A stretch of DNA of 59,745 bases, filler included, from Bipalium vagum (lineage: Eukaryota): assembly GCA_037834085.1 (NCBI GenBank). It is 3 parts of 3 records of this genome, joined end to end, with 100 filler letters (N's around TTAATTAATTAA, not from the genome) between each part and the next. Parts side by side here need not be neighbours in the genome. Positions count along the whole stretch, not along the records: positions 1 to 18,243 come from JBBMKC010035033.1; positions 18,344 to 37,490 come from JBBMKC010009009.1; 1 more part is not named here. One strand, written 5' to 3'. Under the pieces are notes generated by a model that saw only the letters and a program-made list of their open reading frames with translations, was not told the DNA's origin and searched no databases. Positions 13,130-25,200 of the stretch are shown piece by piece (position 1 is the first letter of the stretch; every line of letters starts with the position of its first letter). The position numbers and the translations under genes are program-made.

Positions 13130-14030
13130 AATAAAATAAACTAAATTAAAATTATTTTTTTAAAAATAATCATCTTTAAAGTCAACATCTTTAAATGTGA
13201 TCGAACTAATTTACGAAGCTTTTTTCTATTTTGAGATAATAAGTCAGGTGAAAACGGGCGATGTGTCATTAATTGTACATTTTTAATGACTGAGATCTGA
13301 GGTTTATTCCGTACGGAAACGGATATTGACATTATGAAGTATAATTTATCAATTTGGATTTATCTTTAATTTTGGAAATCATTTATGATAAGTAAACTGT
13401 TGTATACTATCCAACATTGACAGTTATTTTATTCTCAAAGGTTACTGCTATCATATATCATTTTAAATCTAAGAACCAAGAAATCAATTTCTTTGTAGCA
13501 CTGCAAGACCGAATAATTTTTGTTGGTTTTGATTCATTTTTAAATATCCAAATAGTGTATTGTTGCTTACCTTCAGGATCATACGAATATATCTACACCA
13601 GTGACTATGCTGTAGTTTAAATTTAAATTACCTCGTAAACTTATTGATAATTTTTTGGCATTTTTTAGCACAGCATTAATTTTCAGAAGATATCAAATTA
13701 TGTGGGATTCAATGTCTGAAAAGCTTCCATTCCTTTAGATAGTCTTGAAAAATGCTTCATTTACTTTAATAGACCAATTTCATGTTATGTGATATACGGA
13801 TTTCTTTCAATAATTTCACAAACATCAAGAATATTAGTGAGTTAAACGGAGGTTAACGAATGACCATCACAAAATTCATTTTCGAGATGTACGATTCCAT
13901 ATTGGAATTCTATGAACCATTTTAAACGCATCTCTTTGATGGTGCCTCATTTCGCAAAGGTAAATGAAGTAGATCTAGAAAATTCTTCTGTATAAGGCCG
14001 CATTTAAATTCATATTAAATTATCCAACGA
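13130..14030 (-). mobile_element. mariner transposase relic
   Basis: NEAPSKR..KWFIEF..IPHNL..IVTG..IYSYDPEGKQQYTIWIFKNESKPTKIIRS..HRPFSPDL, with stops and frameshifts. Confidence 0.85.
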
Positions 14031-16770
14031 TAATTTCCCAGTAAAAGTTTTATATATTTATAACTCATTTCAAATGTTTACCTATTTTTAAAAAAAATCA
14101 TTAATTTAGATTTATTCAAATGATTTATGGTGATTCAATATCAATTTTTATCATTTTGTCAGTTATAAAATGCCGATCTTACTTAAAAATCCGACTCCTC
14201 AAAAGTTTCCAACTCCCAACTCATTATATATTTATAATAAATAAAGCTTTTGTCTTTTAAAATTTTATTTATTAAAGATTCTTATTTTTTCGAAAATTTT
14301 TTTAATCATTTAAATTTTCGTTCTCTAAAACAAAATATTATTAAACTAATTCAATGTTCTATTAAATGGATACTAAATAATTATGATTATCATGGTCGAA
14401 TTGGCTTTTGTTAACTTATTTGTTTATCAAATTTGTGATATACAATAATGATAGGAAATAATTAATAATCTCCTCACAGTTTCTACAAGAACAATAGTTT
14501 TTTGAGTGTAGATTCCCCATGTTAATTATTGATTATATATATCAGACTTGTCGGTTTTCATACAGTGTAATTATGAAAAATTAAAATAAAATAAAAACTC
14601 AGTAATATATCGTTATTTCTCAGAAATTTTTTATTGAAATTATTTTCTTCATCTAGTTTAAATAAATATTTGACATAAACATGGTAAGTTAAATAAAATA
14701 TTTTTGGCAAGTTATAATTATCGAAAAGCAAGGATTATTAAATTTTATTTTTTAAATAAATATAAATAAATAATAAGTTAAAAGTCACAATTAAATAAAA
14801 TACAAATATAACAATTTCAGGTTTTCGAAAACTCGTGAAAGTTAATAAAATATGAAAATAACTGAAAGTTGCAATTAGTTTTATTTATTAATTATTTAAT
14901 GGCATCAGTTTTATTTTCTACACAGCGGAATACAATTAGCTATATTTATTTCTTCTAATTATCTGGGGAAAACTTTTATTTCAGATAGTAACGAAAAGTT
15001 AAAAGAATTAAAACAATGAGTTTCATTAAGTTAGTAGTCAAATATTAACATAATATCCAATATATTAGTATAGGTTATTGGAAAAAAGTAAAAATGCCAA
15101 TATTTCATCTGTTTTCTTTTTGAAATAATCTTTTCCGGCTTTAAATATTTCTTACTATGACGTAATAAAACAATTTGTTTAATTATTAATTTAATTATTA
15201 AAGAATTATTAAGAAATTAATACAATAGATAAAAATTCGTTAATTTTTTAATATATCTTTATAAATTGCACCACGTGGTTTTATTAAATTCATTATTATG
15301 AGAAAAAATTCAATAATAAAGAAAATAAGTATGAAAGCTGAAAAAATATTTTTATATAAATGTAAATAAAAAATTTTCTATTAATCATTAAAACAACCAA
15401 ATTCTAAATTTAGATAATTAAAATGTTCAATTTAAATATGCCAAGGACTACTTAACTCAGGAATAAACAAATAACAAAAGCTTTAGTCTTACAGTTCTCA
15501 AGATGATAAGAATGAGCCCAGTCACTTAAACTCCAAAATGAAATAGAATTTAAACACATGTTAACCATAGTCTATGACTATTAATAATAATTATTCTTAG
15601 ATAATATTTTTTTATTTATATAAAAATGACAAAACAAGAAATGTAAATAACTTCGGATTAATTTCTGACAATGTTAATATTTAATTATTAAATAATTTCT
15701 AAAATAACGTCTTTATAATATAAAATCTATTTTTGACCAATCAAATTTCAAGTAATTAACATTAATGCAAATAAAAATGTTATACTGAAAAAACAATTTC
15801 AAAATTAACAATAATAACTTACTTTCATTTATTATCAATTTTTAATACTTGTTATTATTTTCTAGTCACCTATGGCTTAATCGAAAATCGAATATTAAAA
15901 CAATATAATCGTATTTCGCAAAGTTTATTAGAAAATGTTTTATTGAATAAAGAGTGATGAAAAATTCCCATACCATGACTGATCTATTCATACATATGTA
16001 CACATGAAAGAGAAAAATAGATAATGCGTAATCCAGTTGATTACATATTTATGAAAGACACTTCACTAAATATATTTAAGTGTCTATGGCTTGGAAATGG
16101 AGAATTGTTCTGTTACATTTCAAATTAATATTTTAATACACGAAATAATGAATTCTGAAACTTCCATTAAATAGGAAGCATTTATTATGTTACTTATCGG
16201 TACTTTAATATTAAATCGATTTTAGCTAATTTTCAGTTTGGGAGCTTGAAGTCCTGAATTGCAAATCACAAAATTATATTTAATGATTATAACAAAAAAT
16301 TCGAAAAATTCTTAAAATTCCCTTTGAATTGTTGAATTTGAGAAAGTTTATTTTTTATAATTTTTTTCATTTAATGTTTCAAATTATGAATGAAGAAAAA
16401 CTATCTAGTTATGATTAATTTTTTTATTAATTATTTTATTACCAAGTTAAAACAAAATCAACTATTATAATAAATCTAGGAAATCAAGATTCATTACATT
16501 GATCTGATTTTTATTATTTTAATGAATCTCCAGGTTTATTGGAACTCGAAATTGAAGATTTGATATGAAATTTCTACGCCAAGGTCTCAACTTTAAAAGA
16601 GGTAAGAAATTAGAGTCAAGAAATGAATTCTTTGTGAATTTTTCAAATTGATTGGCCATAAATTGATTTTCTTTAATTGATGAATACTCTTTGGATTTTC
16701 CATAATATTTTGTTTCAGTACAGAATATGAAAAAATTAAAATTAAAAAATTATTAACCATTTCTGTAAAA

Positions 16771-16798
16771 TACTACTACTACTACGACTACTAATATA

Positions 16799-16832
<34 letters not shown>

Positions 16833-16870
16833 TAAATAATATAAATAATAATAATAATAATAATAGTAAT
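16771..16870. repeat. (TAC)n/(AAT)n microsatellite
   Basis: direct reading. Confidence 0.9.
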
Positions 16871-17544
16871 ACAAGTTCTTTAGTAATTTCTGGGTTTCAT
16901 TGATCTTGACTGGCTTATTCCTCACTGGAACCCATAAAACTCGTCCGATCTATGAAACTGTTTTTGGTTTTTTTTCATTTTATTTTTGCTAATCCTTGAT
17001 TGATCTTACTCTCCTCTAATTTCACTATTACAATTACATTGAAATTAAATTATCTTTGTTCGATTCTAATTAATTTTTTTATTTTTATTAGTATTGTAGT
17101 GGTAGCTTATTTTCAGAAGTTAATTGAAGCATGTGGCGGGAAATAGTTTGAGTTATCCTGGTAGATTATAGACATATTATCAGTACGACGGGTGTTGACA
17201 ATTGAATGTGAGATAAATTTAAAAACCAAACACCAACTAAATTAAGAATTAAAATAATTAAATTAAAATCTATAATTGAAAGTTACAAAATAATGCTTGA
17301 TAAAGGAATTAAAAGATTGTGTTGTAATGAAATTTCGTAGTGAAAGATTAAAGATGTAAATAGAAGTCACCAGACACAGTTAGGGGTTAATATTCCAATT
17401 CAATTTGAATAAACTTAAACGTTTTAATCTTAATAAAATGATAAAAATTACCAATTAAAAAAAAATTATAATAGGTATTCCTTTAATATAACAGACATAG
17501 CAGACAAAAAACTATACGAAGTTCAAGCAAATTAAGTAGGTTTC

Positions 17545-17822
17545 TATCGGGTTGAGGAATAAGTTCATTCCGGTTTTTTGCATTTATTTAAAACTCTTAA
17601 AAATACTTTTACTTTATAAAAAAATTATCAAAATTATTCAGTTAAATATTTTTCCCCTTCTTAATTACTTCTTACAAGCGACCCACAAGTTTTTTAATTC
17701 CACGGCGATAAAAAGCCGAATCTTTTGAAGCTAACCATTTGACAAGCCAATCTTTTAATTCTCTTTTGTTTTCAAATGATTTGCCACTCAAATTATTTGA
17801 TAATGATTGAAACAAGTGGTGA
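17545..17822 (-). mobile_element. mariner 3' end: transposase C-terminus and TIR
   Basis: HLFQSLSNNLSGKSFENKRELKDWLVKWLASKDSAFYRRGIKKLVGRL*; TIR TATCGGGTTGAGGAATAAGTTCATTCCGGTTTT at ~17545-17577. Confidence 0.85.
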
Positions 17823-18180
17823 GTAAGGAAGAGCTCAACCGAGATCCTGGATGGCCATTTTGGTGAGTTTCAATAAATTCAGTAAACTCTTAAGCTCAGT
17901 CCCCACAATAATGAAAAAATCAAGACTATTATCACAAAAATGTCCAAAATTTCTGTCACATTCAAGCAATAACAGATCTCAATGTTGTATTGCAAGGGAA
18001 AGGTAGAATTACTAACATTGAATTTGATCCTTAAGGTAATTTAAAGCTTGCATGACAAAAGCAAATTGAACAATTGGCAAGACAATGAAGGTCGTACAAC
18101 ATTTACCTGAAAAATTATAAAATAAATAAACTCTTCAACAAAATGAATTGATTCAATATTGATTACTACAGGGTTATTCC

Positions 18181-18243
18181 TTAATATATTTAAAAGTATA
18201 ACTTAATATATTTAAAAGTATAACTTAATATATTTAAAAGTAT
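18181..18243. repeat. 22-bp tandem repeat (~3 copies) at contig end
   Basis: TTAATATATTTAAAAGTATAAC repeated until the N gap. Confidence 0.85.
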
Positions 18244-18343
18244 NNNNNNNNNNNNNNNNNNNNNNNNNNNNNNNNNNNNNNNNNNNNTTAATTAATTAAN
18301 NNNNNNNNNNNNNNNNNNNNNNNNNNNNNNNNNNNNNNNNNNN
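18244..18343. other. artificial contig linker 44N-TTAATTAATTAA-44N
   Basis: Six-frame stop 12-mer centred in an exactly 100-bp spacer; identical design at 37491-37590. Confidence 0.95.
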
Positions 18344-18954
18344 AAATTTGTTTGCTTAAAAAATACATACATAAAAACTGTTTAATGTATTAATTTAAAA
18401 AATTGCTAATATTTTGGACGTATTAATATTAATATATATTAATTGCGTATTAATATCAATATATTGTAGGTAGAAATTCGTTTGATCACGTTTGGTTTAA
18501 ACGGGCTATTTAGTATTTTTAAGGTTATGAATTATAAAACGTTTTATAATTTTAGGGATACAGTTATTTATTGTCACATAGATAACAATTTATTTAGAAT
18601 TTTTAAGATCATAAACACAGTTGGTAAAATAAAACTTGGTAACACGTAATAGATGAAGCCAGGCTGGAAAATACTAAAAATATTCTTTTTCAAATATAAT
18701 TTAATTTTAAATATATTTCATATATATATTTTTATTAATAATATTTCAAAACTTGACCATATATTCAATATATACATATGTACAATGACTTTGGTTAATA
18801 CAATTTTGTCGGGATTTCCAAAAATCATCGTGTAAGCGATATCATATTGACAGAAGTGTAATATTTCATTAAATGATGAGATGTATTATGCAATAGAAAG
18901 AATAAGAAATAAATGAAACAATCGATTTTCAAACATTTATTAATTAAAAGTCCG

Positions 18955-19190
18955 CTTAGTTTGACTTGAAAAAGTCCGTTATTGATAGTTGTTTAATAGT
19001 GCAGTTTATTTTGGATTTCATCTTTGAGTATATAAGTTAGTTCCATTATTGGCAAGCAAACTTGACAGTGGCTAACGCGTCTTTGGCATTTATATGTTCT
19101 TCACATTGTGTGTGTTATGTGACTTTAAGACATTTTTCTATTAAATAGTTAATTGCAGTTTCATCACGTTGAAAGATATTGAACATTTCT
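18955..19190 (-). mobile_element. probable Tigger/pogo transposase C-terminal relic
   Basis: Degenerate frame ends KQLSITDFFKSN*, the QxxIxxFF (PIP-box-like) tail typical of pogo/Tigger transposases. Confidence 0.45.
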
Positions 19191-19211
19191 TATATATTTG
19201 GAAATTATTAT

Positions 19212-19288
19212 TGTTAGTGAAAATTAATCGGAGATACCGGGATTCAAACCCGGGACCTTCACATGCGCATGCACTGCTCTGACCACCA
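19212..19288 (-). mobile_element. tRNA-Ala-derived SINE, copy 1 (5'-truncated)
   Basis: Near-identical (inverted) to 37745-37817, including the non-tRNA tail ATTAATTTTCA(A)CTAACA. Confidence 0.75.
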
Positions 19289-19319
19289 TATATATATGTC
19301 AATAATTTTATGTAATAAT

Positions 19320-19692
19320 TTACGTGCTCTGGTTTTGCTAATTCATTTTCTTTTCCTGTGCGATTTGATGCAACATTAACTTTATATGAATGCAGTCCAG
19401 CCTGTTTACCGACTTTTTTGTACGTAAGACGAAGACATTTTCAATTTTTTGGCAACATCCCTAACCGAAGTCTTGGAAGACGCTAAACAAAACTGCTTTT
19501 GCTTTGTGTTTCAATGTATCTTTTTTTCGGTCACTTCATTTATTTTTTTCCACAGTAAGGTTTTTCTTATATTTTTAAGAGCACTCGTGATAGTGGATTT
19601 TGCGACCTTTAACTGTCTGGTAATATCTTTATGGGATATGTAAGGATTTTTTTTAGATATTTTCGCGCAAAATTAATTTTCGAATATCGCAT
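19320..19692 (-). mobile_element. ITmD37E (DD37E) transposase N-terminal relic
   Basis: NPYISHKDITRQLKVAKSTITSAL..SVRDVAKKLKMSSSYVQK..AGLHSYKVNVASNRTGKENELAK resembles mosquito ITmD37E (LKVAKSTVT..AGLSTYKK..PNR). Confidence 0.7.
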
Positions 19693-19814
19693 TATAGCAA
19701 AGTCATTGACATGAATAAAATTAATCTGTTGTTTGAGTTTTATTTATATTATAACTAAGACAACACTGATTATTGATGTTTTTTTTTCGAAATAGTGATT
19801 TAATGAACATGCTT

Positions 19815-19829
19815 TTATTATTATTATTA

Positions 19830-19874
<45 letters not shown>

Positions 19875-19880
19875 TTATTT
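19815..19880. repeat. (TTA)n microsatellite
   Basis: direct reading. Confidence 0.9.
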
Positions 19881-20014
19881 AATATTACTTATACTAAGTG
19901 AAAACAATAAGATATATCAGAGGGATATGTTTAAAATTTCGGGGATTTATGTTGTTTATCTAATATATTTTGAAAATAGCTCTTATTGATTATTTTTCTC
20001 TTTAATATTAAGAC

Positions 20015-20443
20015 ATGAAAAGAGTTTTAAATGTTATCAAATTTAAATGTAAAATGTTTGTTTACTTAAGTCATCAAGCCTGGTGCTGGAAAATAGGATC
20101 GACCAACAGTCATATACACAGACGGACACAATCAAGTAGATCCAAGGATAATAAAAGCAAAATGAATGGAACTAAAGCACTTCAAAATAAAAGTTTTAAA
20201 AATTCCTCGATGGATGAATTTTTTATGGGCAAAAATGATGCATATGTTCCACAGGGTGATATGTTAAATAAAATCAACCTGATTCGGGATACTGAACTTG
20301 ACAATACAAGTCTCATGCCTCACGTCTTGTTAGATAACGATATATTTCCGAGATTTGGAAGACATTTAAATATATCCCCGTACTATTGCAACAGTCAGAA
20401 GAACTCTAGCCATTTGTTGAAATATAACATAGAAAATAAGTAA
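20015..20443 (+). CDS. probable coding exon or ORF of an unknown protein
   Basis: 142-codon open frame in very AT-rich DNA, hydrophilic composition, possible acceptor (ttaag) at ~20070; no recognisable domain. Confidence 0.5.
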   Translation: MKRVLNVIKFKCKMFVYLSHQAWCWKIGSTNSHIHRRTQSSRSKDNKSKMNGTKALQNKSFKNSSMDEFFMGKNDAYVPQGDMLNKINLIRDTELDNTSLMPHVLLDNDIFPRFGRHLNISPYYCNSQKNSSHLLKYNIENK

Positions 20444-21963
20444 ATTTAGTTATATATTGATCTAAATTAAATTTTAATACTTTTGAAGATGTCAATTTGT
20501 AAAATATTTATCCAACTATTTTTATTATTACAAATTTAAAATCCTTCTCATTTATCACCATAGTCAAACCAAGACCTCAAAAGTAAGAGTAATCATCAAT
20601 TAATTAAAACAACAAAATTTTCTTCAAACTGAATCACATCTGATATTTTATAATCTGTCATAATTATCCAATAGTTTATAAAACTTAAGACTTAATAATT
20701 TTATTTATATTTAATAAAAAATTTTTTTATAATTTAAATATTTTTCACTATTTTTTTTTCGGACTTATTTAGAATCATTGCTTGATTGAGAGTGAGAATT
20801 TTATAGCTGGAAAAATACATTTTTGTTAAATTTCCGAATGTAAAAATATTCAAAATAAAATATTACAATTCAATACTTAACTAAAATAAACAGAAAATAA
20901 AGAGGCCAGTTTTTTTGACTAATACAAGAAATATAATTTGGAAAATTAAATAAAACGATAAAAATAAAAAAAATTCATAACACTCAAATTTTAACTAGTC
21001 TGCATTGATTATTAACCAACATTATTTTTCCGATGAAATAATGGCAACTGCTCATTTGAAAGTAGCACCCTATCATTTCAAATGTTAATAATAAAATTAA
21101 TTTTCTAATAAATTTTTTTCCTAATTTTAACGCATTAAAACCACCAATGATAATGATAATCTGACAAAATATTTTTTTATCAAGTTTGATTTTATTATTA
21201 TTAAATTAAATACAATTTAAATTAATATATAATTGAAATTTTCAGTTTTAAAATTCTTCAAAAATTAATTTTAACATCCATCATAACATTTGAAATCATC
21301 AATGAGACAAATAATAAAAACCAAGGTTAACTTTTCCAAACTTTAACGATATTATTAAATTTACAAACAATTTTTTTAATAAAAAAATAAAAACATTTAT
21401 CTTTCAGTAATTTGAAAAACTATAATTCCACTGTCATACCGAAAATTGCGCTGAATAAATCAATTTCAAATCAATCACCGACAGATATTTTCTGTAATTA
21501 TAATATTTGTTCACTCTTTAATGAAATTTTTTTATTAAATTTTTCAATGAAATGTAAGCTATAAATGTACGTTTTTGAATTCAGATTCAACAATAATTCC
21601 CAATTTCGACATTCAGCAGACACGATAACAACGAAAAAAAAGTTTTTCATTTTTTCCAAACGTCCAAAAATTACTAGAGCACGTTTAAGCCAATGAAAAA
21701 TTATCCAATAATATTATCAATAATATTCTGATTTTAAACAAATAAAACGATCATTTTGGCAATATCAGTAAAACTAACAATTTATAATAATAAAAGTAAT
21801 CTAATAATAATAATATATTCAATAATAATAAATCAAATAATCATATTTAAAATAATTGATAAAAATAATCCAATAAAAATAATTATCAATAATAATTATT
21901 TTAATGAAATAATAATATTAAATCTATAAAAAGAAAATATAATTGATAATAATAAAAACTACA

Positions 21964-21965
<2 letters not shown>

Positions 21966-22018
<53 letters not shown>
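21966..22018. repeat. (AAT)n microsatellite in the G-alpha 3' region
   Basis: direct reading. Confidence 0.9.
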
Positions 22019-22228
22019 TGATAACAATAAAGAAACAAGAACAATATTAAAATCATAATGTTTTTCTGTGGATAGAAAATATTATATATATAAATATTTT
22101 TTCGTTGTCCATTAATACTAAAACTCTTTTAGAGACGGTCGTGAAAAAGTTAAAATATTATATATCATTAAAAATAAAATTAAATATTGATATATAGAAA
22201 TTCTCAGAGGACAATTTTTGCCGCGTGT

Positions 22229-25200
22229 TTATTTCATCACCAACTGATCGATGTTACGCTGTAAAATCGTGTCTTTCATGGCATTGAAAACAGTTTCAAT
22301 GTTTCGTTGATCGACAGCCGTGGTAAAATGTCGATAAAGAGTTCGTTTCTTGGTGACGCCGGTCTGATGGGGTATTGAAGATCGCCCGGATTGCTGATTT
22401 CCTTGGGTTCTGGAAACATGGGCTCCGGGATTGTCGACAAAACTAACGAAGGAATCGACCAAGAACTGTTGAACCTGACCCAAATTGTGGGGATCAAAAT
22501 TTTCCGGATATTCGGAAAATTCATCTTTGATATTGGAAATTTTGTTCGACACCTTTTCCGATAAAACGTCGGTTTTGTTGAAGAAAATAATCACGGAAAC
22601 GGAAACGAAGTATTGGACATTGATCAAGTCCTCAAATACGCGCATGGCTTCTCGTAATTTGTTTCTGTATTCTTTCGACATTTTGTCATAGTAATGTTCA
22701 TCGAAATGGCTACTGGCAATGAGGAATAGGACACTGTTCATGTCTTGAAATACTTGACACCACTTTTTCCTTTCTTTGGTCTGACCCCCTACATCAATAA
22801 AAACTATGGACGATCCGCGGATATCGATTTCTTCTTCGATTATCGAGTCTGTCGGTTTACGAGACCACACAATGTCCTCACTCGTCGGCTGGTAGTCCTA
22901 TAATAGATTTAACTAAATTACTAAATTAAAAATGGAATAAATAAATAAATCTGTCACATAATTTTAACTATTATACTAAAAATTGTATAACAAAAAATAC
23001 AAAATATTAAAAGAAAAATTGGCTAAATGTTTGATTTATTAAAATCGGACAAAAGTCTTACAAAATAATTTTAAATATTTTATTAAATCAAAAGAGAAAA
23101 TAAAAGATTAATATTATTGAGTTGGCAAGAAAGTAATTGCCGATTTTACACAAAGACATTTAACTGTACTTAATAAAAATAAAAAGATAAAATAATTATT
23201 GTTTAAAAAATATTAAATTTCATAGATTACTTTTTTCGTTTTTTATTGTTTAGCTTTAGTGTGGAAGATCAAAATACTTATATGTTACTTTTCTGTTATT
23301 ACAAGGTTACAAAAAAAGTGAAGTGAATGAAAAGAACACATGTTAGAGTTATTTGGAAAAATTCAGTATATTTTTTACCCAAAGATAATCAGCAAACTGG
23401 CCGTTCACTAGATGTCAATGATGACGAAATCAAAGACTTAATGAGTATCTTCACTAAACAACGATTGACATATCAGAAAAGTTTAATGTACACATGCAAC
23501 CATTTATTCACATAATTTAAAGTTTAAGTCTTAAATTTAACTTTTACACATATTTGGTCATTACAAAAGTCTGTACCATATATCAAAAGAAAATGAAATA
23601 AATGGCTACACCACAAATTGCAAAAAAGATGTCTAGAATGGAAATTATAACACAATTATCCATAGTCTCTAAACATTGTGGATTTGAATTTTTATCTGTT
23701 CCGGTCTTCAGACAATCGTTTGAAAAGTAAAGAGCTAAAAGACAAAAAATTGCAAAAAAGATGTCTAGAATGGAAATTATAACACAACTATCCATAGTCT
23801 CTAAAAATTGTGGATTTGAATTTTTATCTGTTCCGGTTTTCAGACAATCGTTTGAAAAGTAAAGAGCTTAATTTCATGAAAGCCTTCAAAAGCCACATTA
23901 GAAACATTTTCCGAGAAAAACAACCAAGCAATTCTTTCCATTAACAAAGGATAGAAAAGATGGATAATAACCAGTTTTACAGATAAATTGGAAATTATGT
24001 TTTCCTATTGTGAACAGAAAGGAAATCCAGAGAGATTATTTAACTCTTACTATGCTAAATGACATTTATAACAAATTTTTACATAAATGAGGCTGTAAAT
24101 TTCTGAAGGGAAATTATTTATCACGTCAATTAATATTTTAAGATTGTATAATTTTTGAACAAATATTCATAAAAAATCTTTATGGTACACATCAATCAAA
24201 TCCTCAATCAATTTTATGATAAAAATACAAATATTAAACGTTCATCCTGTTTTTCACACCTCAGGATTCAAGTCATCATTCTTCAATAGAATCATTAGAA
24301 TTTATTTCCAACAAATAATATTAGCTTTTAATTTTCTTCTTATCACTCATGTACAAAAATTCTGGTATCTTCACATTAATTTACTAAATCATAATAATAA
24401 GAATAACTTTATCATTGAGACGGGTAAAATTAAAATCTTTAGACTTTAATTTCTCTTTTTTCTAACTTTAAAGTAATATTTACATATAAAAATGACGTGT
24501 GGATGTGAACTTAAAATCATTTGAAATTTTATTCTTAAGGTTATGAAAATAATTTATGATTCATATTTTACACACGCATTCCATTAAAATATACAGTGTT
24601 TTATTATTATATGTATTATTATTACTACTACTATTATTATAACAATTATTATTATTATTATATTCATTATTATTAATTATTTTATTATTAATATTTTTAT
24701 TAATATTACTATTATTATTATTCAGACAATTGTCTAAGAAAACCTTAAAAAATTTTCTTTAAAACTAAATTAAATTTTATGAAATAATTTTAAATTTTTA
24801 TTGAAAATGCGGAAAAATATAAAATAATGATTAATCTCAGCCCACTGACAAAACAGAAAACATCACATTTGTAAAATTAACATGATAATATTGACAAGTC
24901 TATCAAATTTGAATTTAATTTCCTTAAAACGTTCCACAATGTAGTGAGCGGCAATTTCTTCAAAAATGTGGAGGAAACATTTTTATAACACAAACAAAAG
25001 ATGATACAATATTTTAATGGGAATACTACAGACTGAATGAACGAATTTGGTGAGAATTTAAAATTTTCAATAAAATATTTTGTTGTAATTAATGTAATAA
25101 AAATTAATTACATTTGAGGGTCATTTGATAAAAAAAGATTTACGGAATTTGGAACCTTTTTAATTACTTCAATGATTTTTTTTCATTACATAATATTTTA

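Noticed and set aside
18288-18299. TTAATTAATTAA palindrome as a piggyBac site or regulatory motif
   Set aside because: Centred in a fixed 100-bp N spacer and repeated identically: synthetic linker
23616-23870. CRISPR-like or coding repeat (ORF 23583-23795)
   Set aside because: Two 132-bp units without spacers, derived from a mariner relic; eukaryotic context
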